A stretch of DNA of 47,067 nucleotides from Chloropicon primus (taxonomy: Eukaryota). A model generated the notes under the pieces. The model was not told the origin of the DNA. It did not search any database and saw only the letters and a program-made list of their open reading frames with translations. The DNA is taken from contig CP060766.1 of the NCBI GenBank assembly GCA_023205875.1, positions 558,001 to 605,067 of the forward strand, in the 5' to 3' direction. Both the position numbers and the translations under genes were made by a program. Positions 8,841 to 19,152 of the stretch are shown here, piece by piece (position 1 is the first letter of the stretch; each line of letters opens with the position of its first letter).

Positions 8841-11800
8841 ATGGGTTGGTGCCATGCGCGACGGTACGGGGAGGAGAGGCAGGAGGGGGAGAGGAGGTGC
8901 GAGTGGACGACGTTGAGCTCGAGCGACTTCGATCCTCTTTCCGTCTCTCAGGCTTGTGGTGATGCCAGCGCTGACAACGTCGTTGTGGACGAGGAGAAGG
9001 TTTCCAGGACGACGACGACGACGACGGCCAGCGATGAGGAGGACGAGGAGAAGGTGGGCTCGGCCAGCGCGGTCGAGCTGGAGGAGGAGGACTTCGACCC
9101 TCTGTCAGGAGGAACCGGAGGGAGTGCCTCGGGAGGCGACGCGGAGAGGGAGTCAGGGGCGGGGAGAGCGGCGCAGGCGGACCTCGGCGGTCGAGGGGAA
9201 GACGCTTTGTCCGGCATAGACGAGGGAGAGGCGAAGAAGTTTGGTTATGGAGTCGGCGCGGCGTCGTACACGCCAGGGTACGAGCGAAAGATGAATTGGC
9301 AGGACTGGCGCGGCCGGAGGAACAAGATGCTGAACGTGCGGAGCTTCCTGAACACCGACTGCTTGAGCAAGGAGGACAAGGAGTCCCTGTCCGTGGTCAC
9401 GGTGAACTTGAACTTTCAGGTGGCGACGACGGTGGCGCCCAAGGACGGAGGGGGGGGAGGGGGGGAGCTGAGTGCGTCGGAGCAGCGCCTTCGCGCCTTG
9501 GAGGACGCCATCGAGTCCCGGGCCAGGGAGAGGAGCAGGACGGTGGGTGGGTCTCAACTGTCCGCGGCCGCAATCAGGAAGCAGGCGCTGAGTGACCAGC
9601 AAGAGATGGTCGAGAGGCTGAGGCTCCTCAGCAACGACTTGAGCACGGCTTGGGCAAAGAACCAGAGGGTTGTTGCGGTCAAAATTGCGGAGAAGACCGC
9701 AAGCCTGCTCGAGAAGCAAGTGCAGCACATTGACTTCTTGAACACGGGAGAATCGAATTTGGACGACGGCCTGATGATCACCTCGCTCGTGTTCTACCCA
9801 GCCATCTACGTCTTCGCTTGCGAGATTCTGGACACCCTCGGGGACTTGGTGTGGGACAGGATACTGAGGAAGTGCCAGTACGAAGACAACGGGACGTTTG
9901 TGAGGTCGCTGGGCAGAGTCTTCACGCACGAATCCGTCAGGGAGGAGGCCAGTTACACGTGCAGGAATTGGTTTTTGAAGATCGCCGGCAACAAGTCCCT
10001 CGTCGGTCGAATCTACCTCGAAGCGAGCGTGTCCCGATGCCACCACTTTCTGATCGGCTCCACGCACCAGGAGGAGCTTCACGACAAGGTGTTTTTGCGC
10101 CTGGCGAAGATGTGCAGGGGCATAGCCCACCCCATCACGTCCAGCTTTGCGAGGATGTACGTGGCAAGGAGAGGGTGCGCCCTCTTGCCGGACTCCTCCT
10201 CCTTTGGTTTCTTGGACGTCTTGCTGTCGGATGTCGTGCAGACCTTTAAGGGGCTGGCGATGTCAGAGGTCAACAACTCGCCTCGGGGGCTGCATCTGTT
10301 GAACATCATCGAGGCTTGCCTCGCGTACATAGTGGAATCCCAGGGGAAAGTGCTAATGGCCAAAACGAGCTCGAGGGAATCGAAAAACAACAAGCTCAAG
10401 CAGATGCTGAGGCTGATCACGGCAGGAGGGGGGAGCCAACCGGGGCAGATGCACCCCTGCAGCCTGTGCATCCTGCAGCACTTTCTTCGGCACCTTCCAC
10501 ACGATTTCGTGCTGGAGTACGCCGTGCAGCTGACTCAGGTCGTTGGCAGCGCCCTGGAAGCTGAAGCCCCGCAGGAGAGCGTCCTCACCGAGCACTACGT
10601 CGCTGCCCAATCGGAGTGCTTTGCCCAGCTCGGGGTTTACCTCAGCAGCGCCTCGGTTTCCGCCAAGACGCAAAACGTGGTCCAGCTGAGGAAGGACCAG
10701 CAGAGGCAGGTACTCAACATGACGTGGAGAGTGGTCCTCAAGTACAAGAGCTTGGACCAATTCCTCCAGGTGGCCACCACGTTCGCGGCGTTCATCACCA
10801 GCAGCTTTGGGGACAGGGAGATCAACGTCTTCCTGCAGTCGGTTCACAAGCACGTGCACGCTTTTCTGCACTCGGCGGACGACGCAGAGAGCCAGGATGT
10901 GGACCAGGGGGTGCCAAAGAGGGTGCTGAGCAAGCAGCACGTGAGCCAGATCAGAGAAACTTTGCTGCACCTCTTTGGGTACTACAAGGAGACCCTGGGA
11001 GACCTGTCTCCCCTCTTTGCGTTCCCATCCCTGGTCCACCTGATCGACCTGACCTTCAGCAGCAGCACCGAGAAGGTCGATTTCGCTGAGACCTTGCTTG
11101 GTCTGCTCTTCTGGCAAAGGGCCTTGAACCAAGAGAGCTCCCTCAGCGTGACCGACCCGATGGCCCAGCAATTTTGCCTCGACATGTGCCAGCTGGTCTC
11201 TGACGCCATCGCCTCGGACATCAATTCCTCCTGGACCCGTTCCGGCGGGAGCAGCAGCAGGGCGAGGAAGGCCGGGAGGAGCATCTCTACTTTCATCCTG
11301 TGCTGCGATTTCGGGGGGAATTACGAGTCCCACCTTGGCTTCCTGTCCACGTGCCGCAGGGTGTTCCATAAGGTCGTCGAGGTGCAGGAGCTCTGCATCC
11401 ACTTGGCCTGCCAGATCGCCGCGAGGATCTTGCACAAGTCCTGCGGGGACGACCCCCAGAGGCACACTGGGGCGACCCTGGACATCGCCAAGGCCTGCAT
11501 TGCATTTTGCCACATCACGATCCCCTCCCTGCCGGGGATGAACCCAAAGCTGGGGCTGATGCAGCAGGCGGCCAGCGTCGCCCTCATGAACGGGCTCGTG
11601 TCCCAAGCGGAGTCCCTCCTCAAGGCCGGGGTGAACATGGCGCAGGAAGCGGAGGCCGACCAGGGGGGGAGTGGCCGGGAGCTGATGGCGAGGGCCCCGA
11701 CCCAGGCCTCCTACTGCGCCAACTTTCTCAAGTCCTGCGCCTCCCTGTGCCTCCTCCTCCCGGGCCACCCCCAAAAGGGTCCCCTGTACGTGGTGCACGG

Positions 11801-12185
11801 GCTCGAGGGCGCGGTCACGGAGTCCTCGGACAAGATTGCCCTCCTTCCCATGGTCTGCGCGTTCGCCCAGGAGAGCCTCCCGTACCACTGCAAGGGGGTG
11901 GACAGCAACGACGTCCTTTACGCGGGCGACGAGGACTTCCACAGGGAGCTTCAGGAGATCGGGGGGAAGATGATCGCCGAGGCCGTCCAGGGGCTTCTGG
12001 ACAGGGGAACGGCGGTGGGGGCGGCGGACGACGCCTTGCTCCTGGCGATCGACACCATCCTTTCCAGCTGCCAGTGCTCGGCGGTCCTCCAGAACAAGCT
12101 GAGGACGCTGCTGGACAAGGTGGAGAGGAGAGGTGGTGGGCAGTACAAGGCGATCGCGAGGCGGCTACTCACTTCGGGGGCTTGA
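8841..12185 (+). CDS. VPS35L: VPS35 endosomal protein-sorting factor-like (Retriever subunit, C16orf62/UPF0505)
   Basis: Motifs FYPAIYVFACEILDTLGDLVWDRI, TCRNWFLKIA, RIYLEAS...C.HFL, RGIAHPITSSFARMY, KACIAFCHITIPS and LPYH..GVDSNDVLY. Single long exon. Confidence 0.9.
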   Translation: MGWCHARRYGEERQEGERRCEWTTLSSSDFDPLSVSQACGDASADNVVVDEEKVSRTTTTTTASDEEDEEKVGSASAVELEEEDFDPLSGGTGGSASGGDAERESGAGRAAQADLGGRGEDALSGIDEGEAKKFGYGVGAASYTPGYERKMNWQDWRGRRNKMLNVRSFLNTDCLSKEDKESLSVVTVNLNFQVATTVAPKDGGGGGGELSASEQRLRALEDAIESRARERSRTVGGSQLSAAAIRKQALSDQQEMVERLRLLSNDLSTAWAKNQRVVAVKIAEKTASLLEKQVQHIDFLNTGESNLDDGLMITSLVFYPAIYVFACEILDTLGDLVWDRILRKCQYEDNGTFVRSLGRVFTHESVREEASYTCRNWFLKIAGNKSLVGRIYLEASVSRCHHFLIGSTHQEELHDKVFLRLAKMCRGIAHPITSSFARMYVARRGCALLPDSSSFGFLDVLLSDVVQTFKGLAMSEVNNSPRGLHLLNIIEACLAYIVESQGKVLMAKTSSRESKNNKLKQMLRLITAGGGSQPGQMHPCSLCILQHFLRHLPHDFVLEYAVQLTQVVGSALEAEAPQESVLTEHYVAAQSECFAQLGVYLSSASVSAKTQNVVQLRKDQQRQVLNMTWRVVLKYKSLDQFLQVATTFAAFITSSFGDREINVFLQSVHKHVHAFLHSADDAESQDVDQGVPKRVLSKQHVSQIRETLLHLFGYYKETLGDLSPLFAFPSLVHLIDLTFSSSTEKVDFAETLLGLLFWQRALNQESSLSVTDPMAQQFCLDMCQLVSDAIASDINSSWTRSGGSSSRARKAGRSISTFILCCDFGGNYESHLGFLSTCRRVFHKVVEVQELCIHLACQIAARILHKSCGDDPQRHTGATLDIAKACIAFCHITIPSLPGMNPKLGLMQQAASVALMNGLVSQAESLLKAGVNMAQEAEADQGGSGRELMARAPTQASYCANFLKSCASLCLLLPGHPQKGPLYVVHGLEGAVTESSDKIALLPMVCAFAQESLPYHCKGVDSNDVLYAGDEDFHRELQEIGGKMIAEAVQGLLDRGTAVGAADDALLLAIDTILSSCQCSAVLQNKLRTLLDKVERRGGGQYKAIARRLLTSGA

Positions 12186-12411
12186 AAGCAAGCAAGCAAG
12201 CAGCAGCAGCAGGGGACCGAGGATTGGGGGGAGACTGACAGGCAACACGCCGCTAGATTATATTTAAAACAAAACAACCTTGGATTATTTTGATGCAAAA
12301 ACATTCATCTTGGGCGCGTCGCGCCAGATCATTCATCATGCAGGACGTCATGCAGAAACATGCAGGTGGGGCTCGTCCACTACCGAGGAGTGGTGAGCGG
12401 TGCTTGGCCTC

Positions 12412-13650
12412 TTAGTCCAAGTGGGCCCACTTGGGGGCCCACTTGGGGGCGTGCCACTTGGGGGCGTGCCACTTTGGCTCCGGTGGGGGCGTAGGGCTTG
12501 GCTTCCCCCAATCCCACTTGTGGTAGTGGTAGTACGGCTTGGAAGGGTACGTCTTGTGCGTGTACCACTTGGGCTCTGGTGGAGTTGGCCCTGGTGGCGT
12601 AGGCTTCTCCCACTTGTGCTCTGGTGGAGTTGGCCCTGGTGGTGTAGGCTTCTCCCACTTGTGGGTCTCCCACTTTGGCGGTGGCACAGGCCCTGGTGGC
12701 GTAGGCTTCTCCCACTTGTGCTCTGGTGGAGTTGGCCCTGGTGGCGTAGGCTTCTCCCACTTGTGCTCTGGTGGAGTTGGCCCTGGTGGCGTAGGCTTCT
12801 CCCACTTGTGCTCTGGTGGAGTTGGCCCTGGTGGCGTAGGCTTCTCCCACTTGTGCTCTGGTGGAGTTGGCCCTGGTGGCGTAGGCTTCTCCCACTTGTG
12901 CTCTGGTGGAGTTGGCCCTGGTGGCGTTGGCTTCTCCCACTTGTGCTCTGGTGGAGTTGGCCCTGGTGGCGTTGGCTTCTCCCACTTGTGCTCTGGTGGA
13001 GTTGGCCCTGGTGGCGTTGGCTTCTCCCACTTGTGGGTCTCCCACTTTGGCGGTGGCACAGGCCCTGGTGGCGTAGGCTTCTCCCACTTGTGGGTCTCCC
13101 ACTTTGGCGGTGGCACAGGCCCTGGTGGCGTAGGCTTCTCCCACTTGTGTGGCGCTGGTGGAGTTGGGGTTGGCTTCTCCCACTTGTGTGGCGCTGGTGG
13201 AGTTGGGGTTGGCTTCTCCCACTTGTGTGGCGCTGGTGGAGTTGGGGTTGGCTTCTCCCACTTGTGTGGCGCTGGTGGAGTTGGGGTTGGCTTCTCCCAC
13301 TTGTGTGGCGCTGGTGGAGTAGGGGTTGGCTTCTCCCACTTGTGTGGCGCTGGTGGAGTAGGGGTTGGCTTCTCCCACTTGTGTGGCGCTGGTGGAGTTG
13401 GGGTTGGCTTCTCCCACTTGTGTGGCGCTGGTGGAGTTGGGGTTGGCTTCTCCCACTTGTGTGGCGCTGGTGGAGTTGGGGTTGGCTTCTCCCACTTTGG
13501 CGGTGGCACAGGCGCTGGTGGCGTAGGCTTCTCCCACTTGTGTGGCGGTGGCACAGGCCCTGGTGGCGTAGGCTTCTCCCACTTGTTGTCGGCCAATGCC
13601 CCCGTGGCACACAATGCCAAGACGGCAACAATCACATACCCAAACTTCAT
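12412..13650 (-). CDS. Secreted Pro/Lys/Trp-rich tandem-repeat protein (HRGP/extensin-like cell-wall protein)
   Basis: Signal peptide MKFGYVIVAVLALCATGALA, then more than 20 KWEKPTP repeats (13-aa, 15-aa and 19-aa units) and a C-terminus with PYYHYHKW and WHAPK repeats. Confidence 0.85.
   Translation of the reverse strand: MKFGYVIVAVLALCATGALADNKWEKPTPPGPVPPPHKWEKPTPPAPVPPPKWEKPTPTPPAPHKWEKPTPTPPAPHKWEKPTPTPPAPHKWEKPTPTPPAPHKWEKPTPTPPAPHKWEKPTPTPPAPHKWEKPTPTPPAPHKWEKPTPTPPAPHKWEKPTPTPPAPHKWEKPTPPGPVPPPKWETHKWEKPTPPGPVPPPKWETHKWEKPTPPGPTPPEHKWEKPTPPGPTPPEHKWEKPTPPGPTPPEHKWEKPTPPGPTPPEHKWEKPTPPGPTPPEHKWEKPTPPGPTPPEHKWEKPTPPGPTPPEHKWEKPTPPGPVPPPKWETHKWEKPTPPGPTPPEHKWEKPTPPGPTPPEPKWYTHKTYPSKPYYHYHKWDWGKPSPTPPPEPKWHAPKWHAPKWAPKWAHLD
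12565..13585. repeat. Coding minisatellite of 39/45/57-bp units
   Basis: Near-identical units built on a GGCTTCTCCCACTT core; all unit lengths are multiples of 3. Confidence 0.95.
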
Positions 13651-14265
13651 CTCTCTCGTCAAGACAAGACCCTCGTGTCCCTCCCTCTCGGTCTCTCTCC
13701 CTGACCGCCCTTGCCCTTGTCCCTTCTAAACCTTATCCGTAGCCACTATTTTTAGTTCCCCTTCTCGTCACCACAGCACTTTTCACGAAAATGTCCAATT
13801 CCTGCCATATTCTTCCAATTTGGAAGGAATCAGTGCAAACCGAGCGTTACACTCGACCCACCTTTATGACGCCTCTCACCGATCGACGAGAGAGAGGCGA
13901 GAAGTTTGCCATTCCCTCGAGGAGCTGTGGTGGTGAAGGTCGGGGACGAGAACCCGAGGGCTCTGGAGCGGAGCGGAGGTCTGGGCTTCTTCTCTTCTCT
14001 TCTCTCTCTCTCTCTCTCTCTCTCTTTGGTCTACTCTTCTCTGTTTTGCTTGACCCCTTTGTGGTAGCGTTGCCTCCGGGGCGAAGGGTGAAGGACCAAG
14101 CACGAGGCCCGGTTGCAACAACAACAACTTTCCTTTCCTTTTCCTTTTCCTTTCGACTCGAAGGAAGGAAAGAGTACGCTTTGCTTGCTTGCTTGCTTGC
14201 TTGCTTGCGCTCCTGCCACCACTCCACGAGCGAAGGAGAAGAAGGAGAAGGAGAAGGAGAAGACG

Positions 14266-16161
14266 ATGAAGGAGAGCAACGCCAACGCCAACGCCAACGA
14301 CGTGAGGAGGATGAAGAAGAAGGTGACCAAGGACCAGCAGAGTAGGAAGCTGGGCACGATGTGCTTGGCCCTCCTGTGCCTGACCTTGGCCCTGGTGGTC
14401 GTGACCCGGGGGAGGGGCGGCACTTCGCCGTCCTCCCCCTCCCCCTCCCCCTCCTCGTTCCGCGAGGACATCATGGCGGAGTTCTCCTCCTCCTCGGTCT
14501 CGGCCTCGGTTCTGGACCAGCAACAACAACAACAACGCTTCCGAACCCGCCGCTCTCTCATCAAGAGCCCCTCCTCCTCCTTCTCCTCCTCTTCTGCGAG
14601 GAAGGGAAGGATCCGCCGGGCTCGGGAGAGGAAGATGGAGGACTACAAGCGTTACAGGCGGGACCAGTGCGACCTGGGGCGTCGATGGATGACCTTGGAC
14701 CTCGAAAGGGAGAACGTGAGCGCCAAGTACTTTTACGAGGACAGCATGTTCTTCCCGGAGGTGTACCAGAAGCGCGCCATCGGGGTGCAGACATGCGAGG
14801 TGGAGACCTCCGAGGACGGCTCGGAGGGCTGGCTCATCCACAGGATCGGACCCATGGTGGGCACGGGGGGTTACGACAGGCACGACGTCCACGTCACCCC
14901 GCTGCCTCACCCGAAGAAGGCCAAGTTCATCACGGGCAAGGTCGCCGCCCCCGTGTACGAGGACGGGGAGATCGCCGGCTACCCGCCGCTCCACACGCAC
15001 CACATCATGGTCGGCTTCGATGGGGTCTACCACGCCCTGGAGTCCCACGGGGACGCGATCTGCTCCCAGGACTTTGGAGCGGAGAGCTGCTACCTCATCA
15101 GTTACCCGGAAGGCATGGGGCTCCCGCTCGCGAACGAGACGTACGCGCGGGACTCCATGAGGCTCACGTTTGTGATCAACGACGTCAGGCGCAACGACGA
15201 GACGAACACGCCCAACCCCCTGCTGTTCTACACCGAGGTGGCCCTCAAGTGGAGCGCCAGGGACCCCGAGGTCTCCCCCATCAGCGCTGCCGCCTTGCAC
15301 ATGCAGGGGAACGAGCACAGTTACGCGGCGAACGTCGTGACGAGGAGGCCGAGCCTGAGGTGGAACACCGGCAAGTGGCCCGCGGACGGCAGGATGATCA
15401 TCTCCCCCGAGGACCAGCTTCCTTGGTTCCACGCGCACAGGAGCTACTTCGACTCTATGTGGGCCTTCGCGGCGAGCCCGGAGGAGCTCGGCCTGCGCCC
15501 CGAGGAGCTCCTCACCCGGGTGGACGACAACAATCAGACCAAGAACGGCCCGCTGGGAGAGTTCGACTACGTGTGGTCGCAGAAGAACTGGACCAAGGGG
15601 GACGCGATCAGGGCCCTGGAGGACAAGGTCGGGGGGAGCGACAAGGGGTTCCAGTCCCTGAGGTGCTGGCTCAGGACGAGCGACGAGGAGAGGGTCTTGG
15701 AGTTCGTCGACGGGACGGCGAAAGAGCCCCGGGAGGCCAAGGACCAGGACTGGAAGGCGAGCTGGTACGACAGGTCGGGCGAGGTGCACTGCGACCCTTG
15801 GTCCTTCAAGGCCGGGGACAACTACACCGTGGTCGCCCTGAACGGGATCGACCAGGAGAAGTACAACTGGACGCACGACCAGTCGGACTTTTTCACCATG
15901 ATGCAGCACGGCATCTTCTTCACCGCGTACGAGACGACTGGACCGGAGCTCGGTCCGACGGTCGAGATGTTCGGAGACTTTGACTCCAGCCTCGCGAGCG
16001 ACGTCAAGGTCAAGATGTCGTACGTTCCTGATTCCCTCAAGGGCGACGCTGAGCGTTACTTTAGGGAGGAGAACGCGGAGGAGTTCCGGCGAGCGATCAA
16101 CGAGGACTTTGACGGCAAGATCGGCGGGCACGTCAATATCATAAGACAAGCGACGCCGTGA
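14266..16161 (+). CDS. Uncharacterised type II membrane protein with His-rich putative metal-binding motifs
   Basis: Basic N-terminus, a single TM segment (MCLALLCLTLALVVV), a Ser-rich stem, then a ~500-aa globular region with PPLHTHH, SHGD, WFHAH and MMQH. Strong GC3 codon bias. Confidence 0.8.
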   Translation: MKESNANANANDVRRMKKKVTKDQQSRKLGTMCLALLCLTLALVVVTRGRGGTSPSSPSPSPSSFREDIMAEFSSSSVSASVLDQQQQQQRFRTRRSLIKSPSSSFSSSSARKGRIRRARERKMEDYKRYRRDQCDLGRRWMTLDLERENVSAKYFYEDSMFFPEVYQKRAIGVQTCEVETSEDGSEGWLIHRIGPMVGTGGYDRHDVHVTPLPHPKKAKFITGKVAAPVYEDGEIAGYPPLHTHHIMVGFDGVYHALESHGDAICSQDFGAESCYLISYPEGMGLPLANETYARDSMRLTFVINDVRRNDETNTPNPLLFYTEVALKWSARDPEVSPISAAALHMQGNEHSYAANVVTRRPSLRWNTGKWPADGRMIISPEDQLPWFHAHRSYFDSMWAFAASPEELGLRPEELLTRVDDNNQTKNGPLGEFDYVWSQKNWTKGDAIRALEDKVGGSDKGFQSLRCWLRTSDEERVLEFVDGTAKEPREAKDQDWKASWYDRSGEVHCDPWSFKAGDNYTVVALNGIDQEKYNWTHDQSDFFTMMQHGIFFTAYETTGPELGPTVEMFGDFDSSLASDVKVKMSYVPDSLKGDAERYFREENAEEFRRAINEDFDGKIGGHVNIIRQATP

Positions 16162-16314
16162 AGGGGAAGAGCTAACCTAACCTAACCGATCCCAGTTTGT
16201 AGTATACCAAGCATGAAAACGTTCAACGTGTTACAGAGGCATTGCTCGCGATGTGTGCTTGAAGGGAGGGCGTGGGAACAAAAAGGCGACGCAGGCCAGT
16301 GGGATGGATGGGAA

Positions 16315-17010
16315 TCACTTTCCAATCGTCCACCCAGGTTGGCAACCGTAAGAATGGCAGACCCACCCGGGCGCGCACTTGCACCCGCAGGGATGGCCCA
16401 CCGGATAGGAGCAGAGGACGTCCCTGATGGCGTTCAACTGCCCGGCGTTGTTGGGTCTCGCCCTCGTCTGCACGTCGGGCCCGCTTCCGACCGGACGGCG
16501 GCCACTCGCGCCGTGAGTGATTCTCCCCGGATAGTACCCCGGACCGGGCTGAGGCTCGTGCTTCTTGTGCTCAGGCTCGTGCTTCTTGTGCTCAGGCTCG
16601 TGCTTCTTGTGCTCAGGCTCGTGCTTCTTGTGCTCAGGCTCAGGCTTGTGGTGGTGAGCGGGTGCTGGCCTGCTGTAGGCGTACTCGACGACTTTGACGG
16701 CAGGAGCGTAGGGCTGAACGTAGGGGACGTGAATGACCGGTGGCCCGTACCTCGGGAGAATTTTCTTGGTCTCCTTCTTGGTCTCCTCCCCCTTGTGGAG
16801 CTCCCACTTGCTGTGCTCGGAGTGGTGGTCGTGATGGTCGTGATGGTGGTGGTCGTTCCAGGGCTTGTACGGCTTGGGCTTGTACCAGTCAGGCGCCGTT
16901 CCCTGAAACCCAACCTGGCCAAGGGAAACCGGAGCCAAAAGGGCCAAAAGGAGCGCAACAGCGCAGAGGGAGACACTCGTTGGATTCATCCTTCTCATGG
17001 TCATCCTCAT
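16315..17010 (-). CDS. Secreted His/Pro/Lys-rich protein with (EPEHKKH)x4 repeats and a 6-Cys C-terminal module
   Basis: Signal peptide VSLCAVALLLALLAPVSLG, a poly-His tract, 21-bp coding repeats at 16550-16650, and the C-terminus CSYPVGHPCGCKCAPGWVCHSYGCQPGW. Confidence 0.8.
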   Translation of the reverse strand: MRMTMRRMNPTSVSLCAVALLLALLAPVSLGQVGFQGTAPDWYKPKPYKPWNDHHHHDHHDHHSEHSKWELHKGEETKKETKKILPRYGPPVIHVPYVQPYAPAVKVVEYAYSRPAPAHHHKPEPEHKKHEPEHKKHEPEHKKHEPEHKKHEPQPGPGYYPGRITHGASGRRPVGSGPDVQTRARPNNAGQLNAIRDVLCSYPVGHPCGCKCAPGWVCHSYGCQPGWTIGK

Positions 17011-17160
17011 CCGTTTCTTTTTTGCTCGCCGACTGTGTTTCTTTCGTAACGCTCGCCGCCCAGCGTGTAAACCCTCGGAAGGTGTGGCAAACGCCTCGAG
17101 GGGGAGAATTGGGCGGAGATGAGGATGACGATGACGTTGGAGTGAGCGGTAAGGGCGCGC

Positions 17161-17162
<2 letters not shown>

Positions 17163-17204
<42 letters not shown>
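17163..17204. repeat. (GA)n microsatellite
   Basis: About 21 GA units in the divergent promoter between the two secreted-protein genes. Confidence 0.9.
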
Positions 17205-17208
<4 letters not shown>

Positions 17209-17361
17209 TCCCCTTTCCTCTCTGACCGTTCTAGCACTGACAACTCCTTGCCTCTCTTCTAATCTTCAAGCTTTGTGTCTCATCCATCCTCCTCACCAGA
17301 GGGAACGAAGAACGAAGAACGAAGAACGAAAAGCGTTTTTGCGAGCACACACTCTGAGAGG

Positions 17362-17922
17362 ATGTGGAGGAAAGTAACCGTCACGGCCCTCGTGGTGCTT
17401 GTGATTGCACTCATCGCTCAAACCGCCACCGCATTTCACGGCCGCCACAGGCACCCTTCGCCCTACCGCTACTCTTGGCGTTACAGGTCGCATCCAAGGG
17501 TAAAGGTAATGTCAACGCAAGTTGTTGTTGTGTTGTGCTTCCTCTGACCGTTCTCCTCATCAAAGCCTGACCTTCCAAAGCCCAAGCCGCCACCAGTGGT
17601 GCCGAAGCCCAAGCCCAAGCCCAAGCCAGTGGATCCCACGCCAAAGCCACCAGTGGTGGTTCCGAAGCCCAAGCCAAAGCCAAAGCCAGTGCTGCCCAAG
17701 CCAAAGCCAGTGGATCCCACGCCAAAGCCACCAGTGGTGGTTCCGAAGCCCAAGCCCAAGCCAAAGCCAGTGCTACCCAAGCCAAAGCCAGTGGATCCCA
17801 CGCCCAAGCCACCGGTGGTGGTTCCGAAGCCACCGTCAAAGCCAAAGCCAGTGCTGCCAAAGCCGGAACTTCCAAAGCCAAAGGAAAGCGAGGAGGGAAA
17901 GGAAAGCGGGGAGGGAAAGTAA
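17362..17922 (+). CDS. Secreted Pro/Lys-rich (PKPKP, PPVVVP) wall-type protein, 2 exons (17362-17505, 17566-17922)
   Basis: The signal-peptide exon MWRKVTVTALVVLVIALIAQTATA is joined in frame to the PKP-repeat ORF by a phase-0 intron (AAG|GTAATG...CTGAC...CAAAG|CCT). An alternative donor lies 6 nt upstream. Confidence 0.8.
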
Positions 17923-18275
17923 AGCGAGGAAGGCTCTGTTAATGACCCCTGGGAATTGCAAAGCACAGTTCTTTTTCTGTTCTTCTCCTGCCTGCCACCA
18001 CCACCACCCTTCTTCGAAGTTCGAACGACGACATCGCTCGTCGCTCCCGCAACCCTCCCCTCTCCACGCACAGGAATGTATTGGTCTCGAACTAGACAAA
18101 TGCCGCCTCTCCCGCACACCTCCTCTCCCTCCCTCCCTCCCTTCTCCCTTCATCACCCTCCACCACCATCAGCAGCAGCAGCAGCAGCAGCAGCCAGAGA
18201 TCGCTCTCGCTCTCGCTCTCGTCGCCGTGGTGGCTCTCGTCGGTCGATCGCGATCGATATCAATAGCGGACAAGT

Positions 18276-19090
18276 ATGAGGTGCAGGAGCGGCGCGGCGC
18301 GGGTCTTGACATGGCGTATCCTGGACCGTCTCCAAGCAAAGAAGGTTGACCCCTTGGCTCTTCTCCACCAACAGACGGAAGGCTTGGCCGGCACCCATGG
18401 TGGGATCCTTTTCACACGCATGCCCCTTTGCCTTCCGCCCAAACCCAAATGGGAGAGCGAGTACCTCGAATGGCAGGAGGAGTGGCACAAGCGGAGCGGC
18501 AGGCACAGGCAGTGGCCCGAGTGGCTCGAGCAGGGTGACTTGGGTGGAAGTGAACAGAGGCAAGGCAGTGGTGGTGAGGGGGGTGGGCAGGGGGTGGAGC
18601 AAGGGGGAGGGGAGGGGAAGCAAGCCGCACCCTTGGAGCAGGAAGCGGATAGGGTGAATGACAGGAGGACTGTGCAGAGGCGGATTGATTCTCACCTTTA
18701 CCTTCTGTTGAAGAGCAAGGAGACGGAGAGATGGTTCTTTCCTCATGTGCCCCATGCGGCCAGGGAGACTTTGAGGCAGACGTGTGAGCGTGCCCTGGAG
18801 ACTTTTGTGGACCACGGCAAGGTGGAGACCTTCTTCATTGGGAACGGGCCGTGCGGGATGCTTCCCGTGGAGGACGAGGGCAACGGGAACGTCTTCCTCA
18901 TACCAGTGGAGTTGATCAAGGGCTCGCCGAGGTTGAACAAGAAGGTGGCGGACTCGGTGAGCGACTTTGCGTGGGTGGCCAAGGACGAGATGCCAGAGTA
19001 CTTTGAGAGCCAGGAGACGAGGGACTACCTGGACAAGCTTCTGCAGGACAAGTCGGACTACTACGGATCGGGAACATCTCAGGCGCACTG

Positions 19091-19091
<1 letters not shown>
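18276..19091 (+). CDS. MRPL46: Mitochondrial large ribosomal subunit protein mL46
   Basis: EADRVNDRRTVQRRIDSHLYLL, WFFP...ETLRQTCERAL, FFIGNGPCG and DFAWVAKDEM match the Nudix-like mL46 pattern. Confidence 0.88.

Positions 19092-19150
<59 letters not shown>
19092..19150. repeat. (AC)n(AG)n compound microsatellite
   Basis: Begins directly after the mL46 stop codon. Confidence 0.9.

Positions 19151-19152
<2 letters not shown>

Noticed and set aside
12348..13729. Several long alternative-frame ORFs across the KWEKPTP array, and its superficial CRISPR-like periodicity
   Set aside because: Stop-free repeat units keep all frames open, and only one frame has a signal peptide. The 'spacers' are themselves repeated, there are no cas genes, and the context is eukaryotic.
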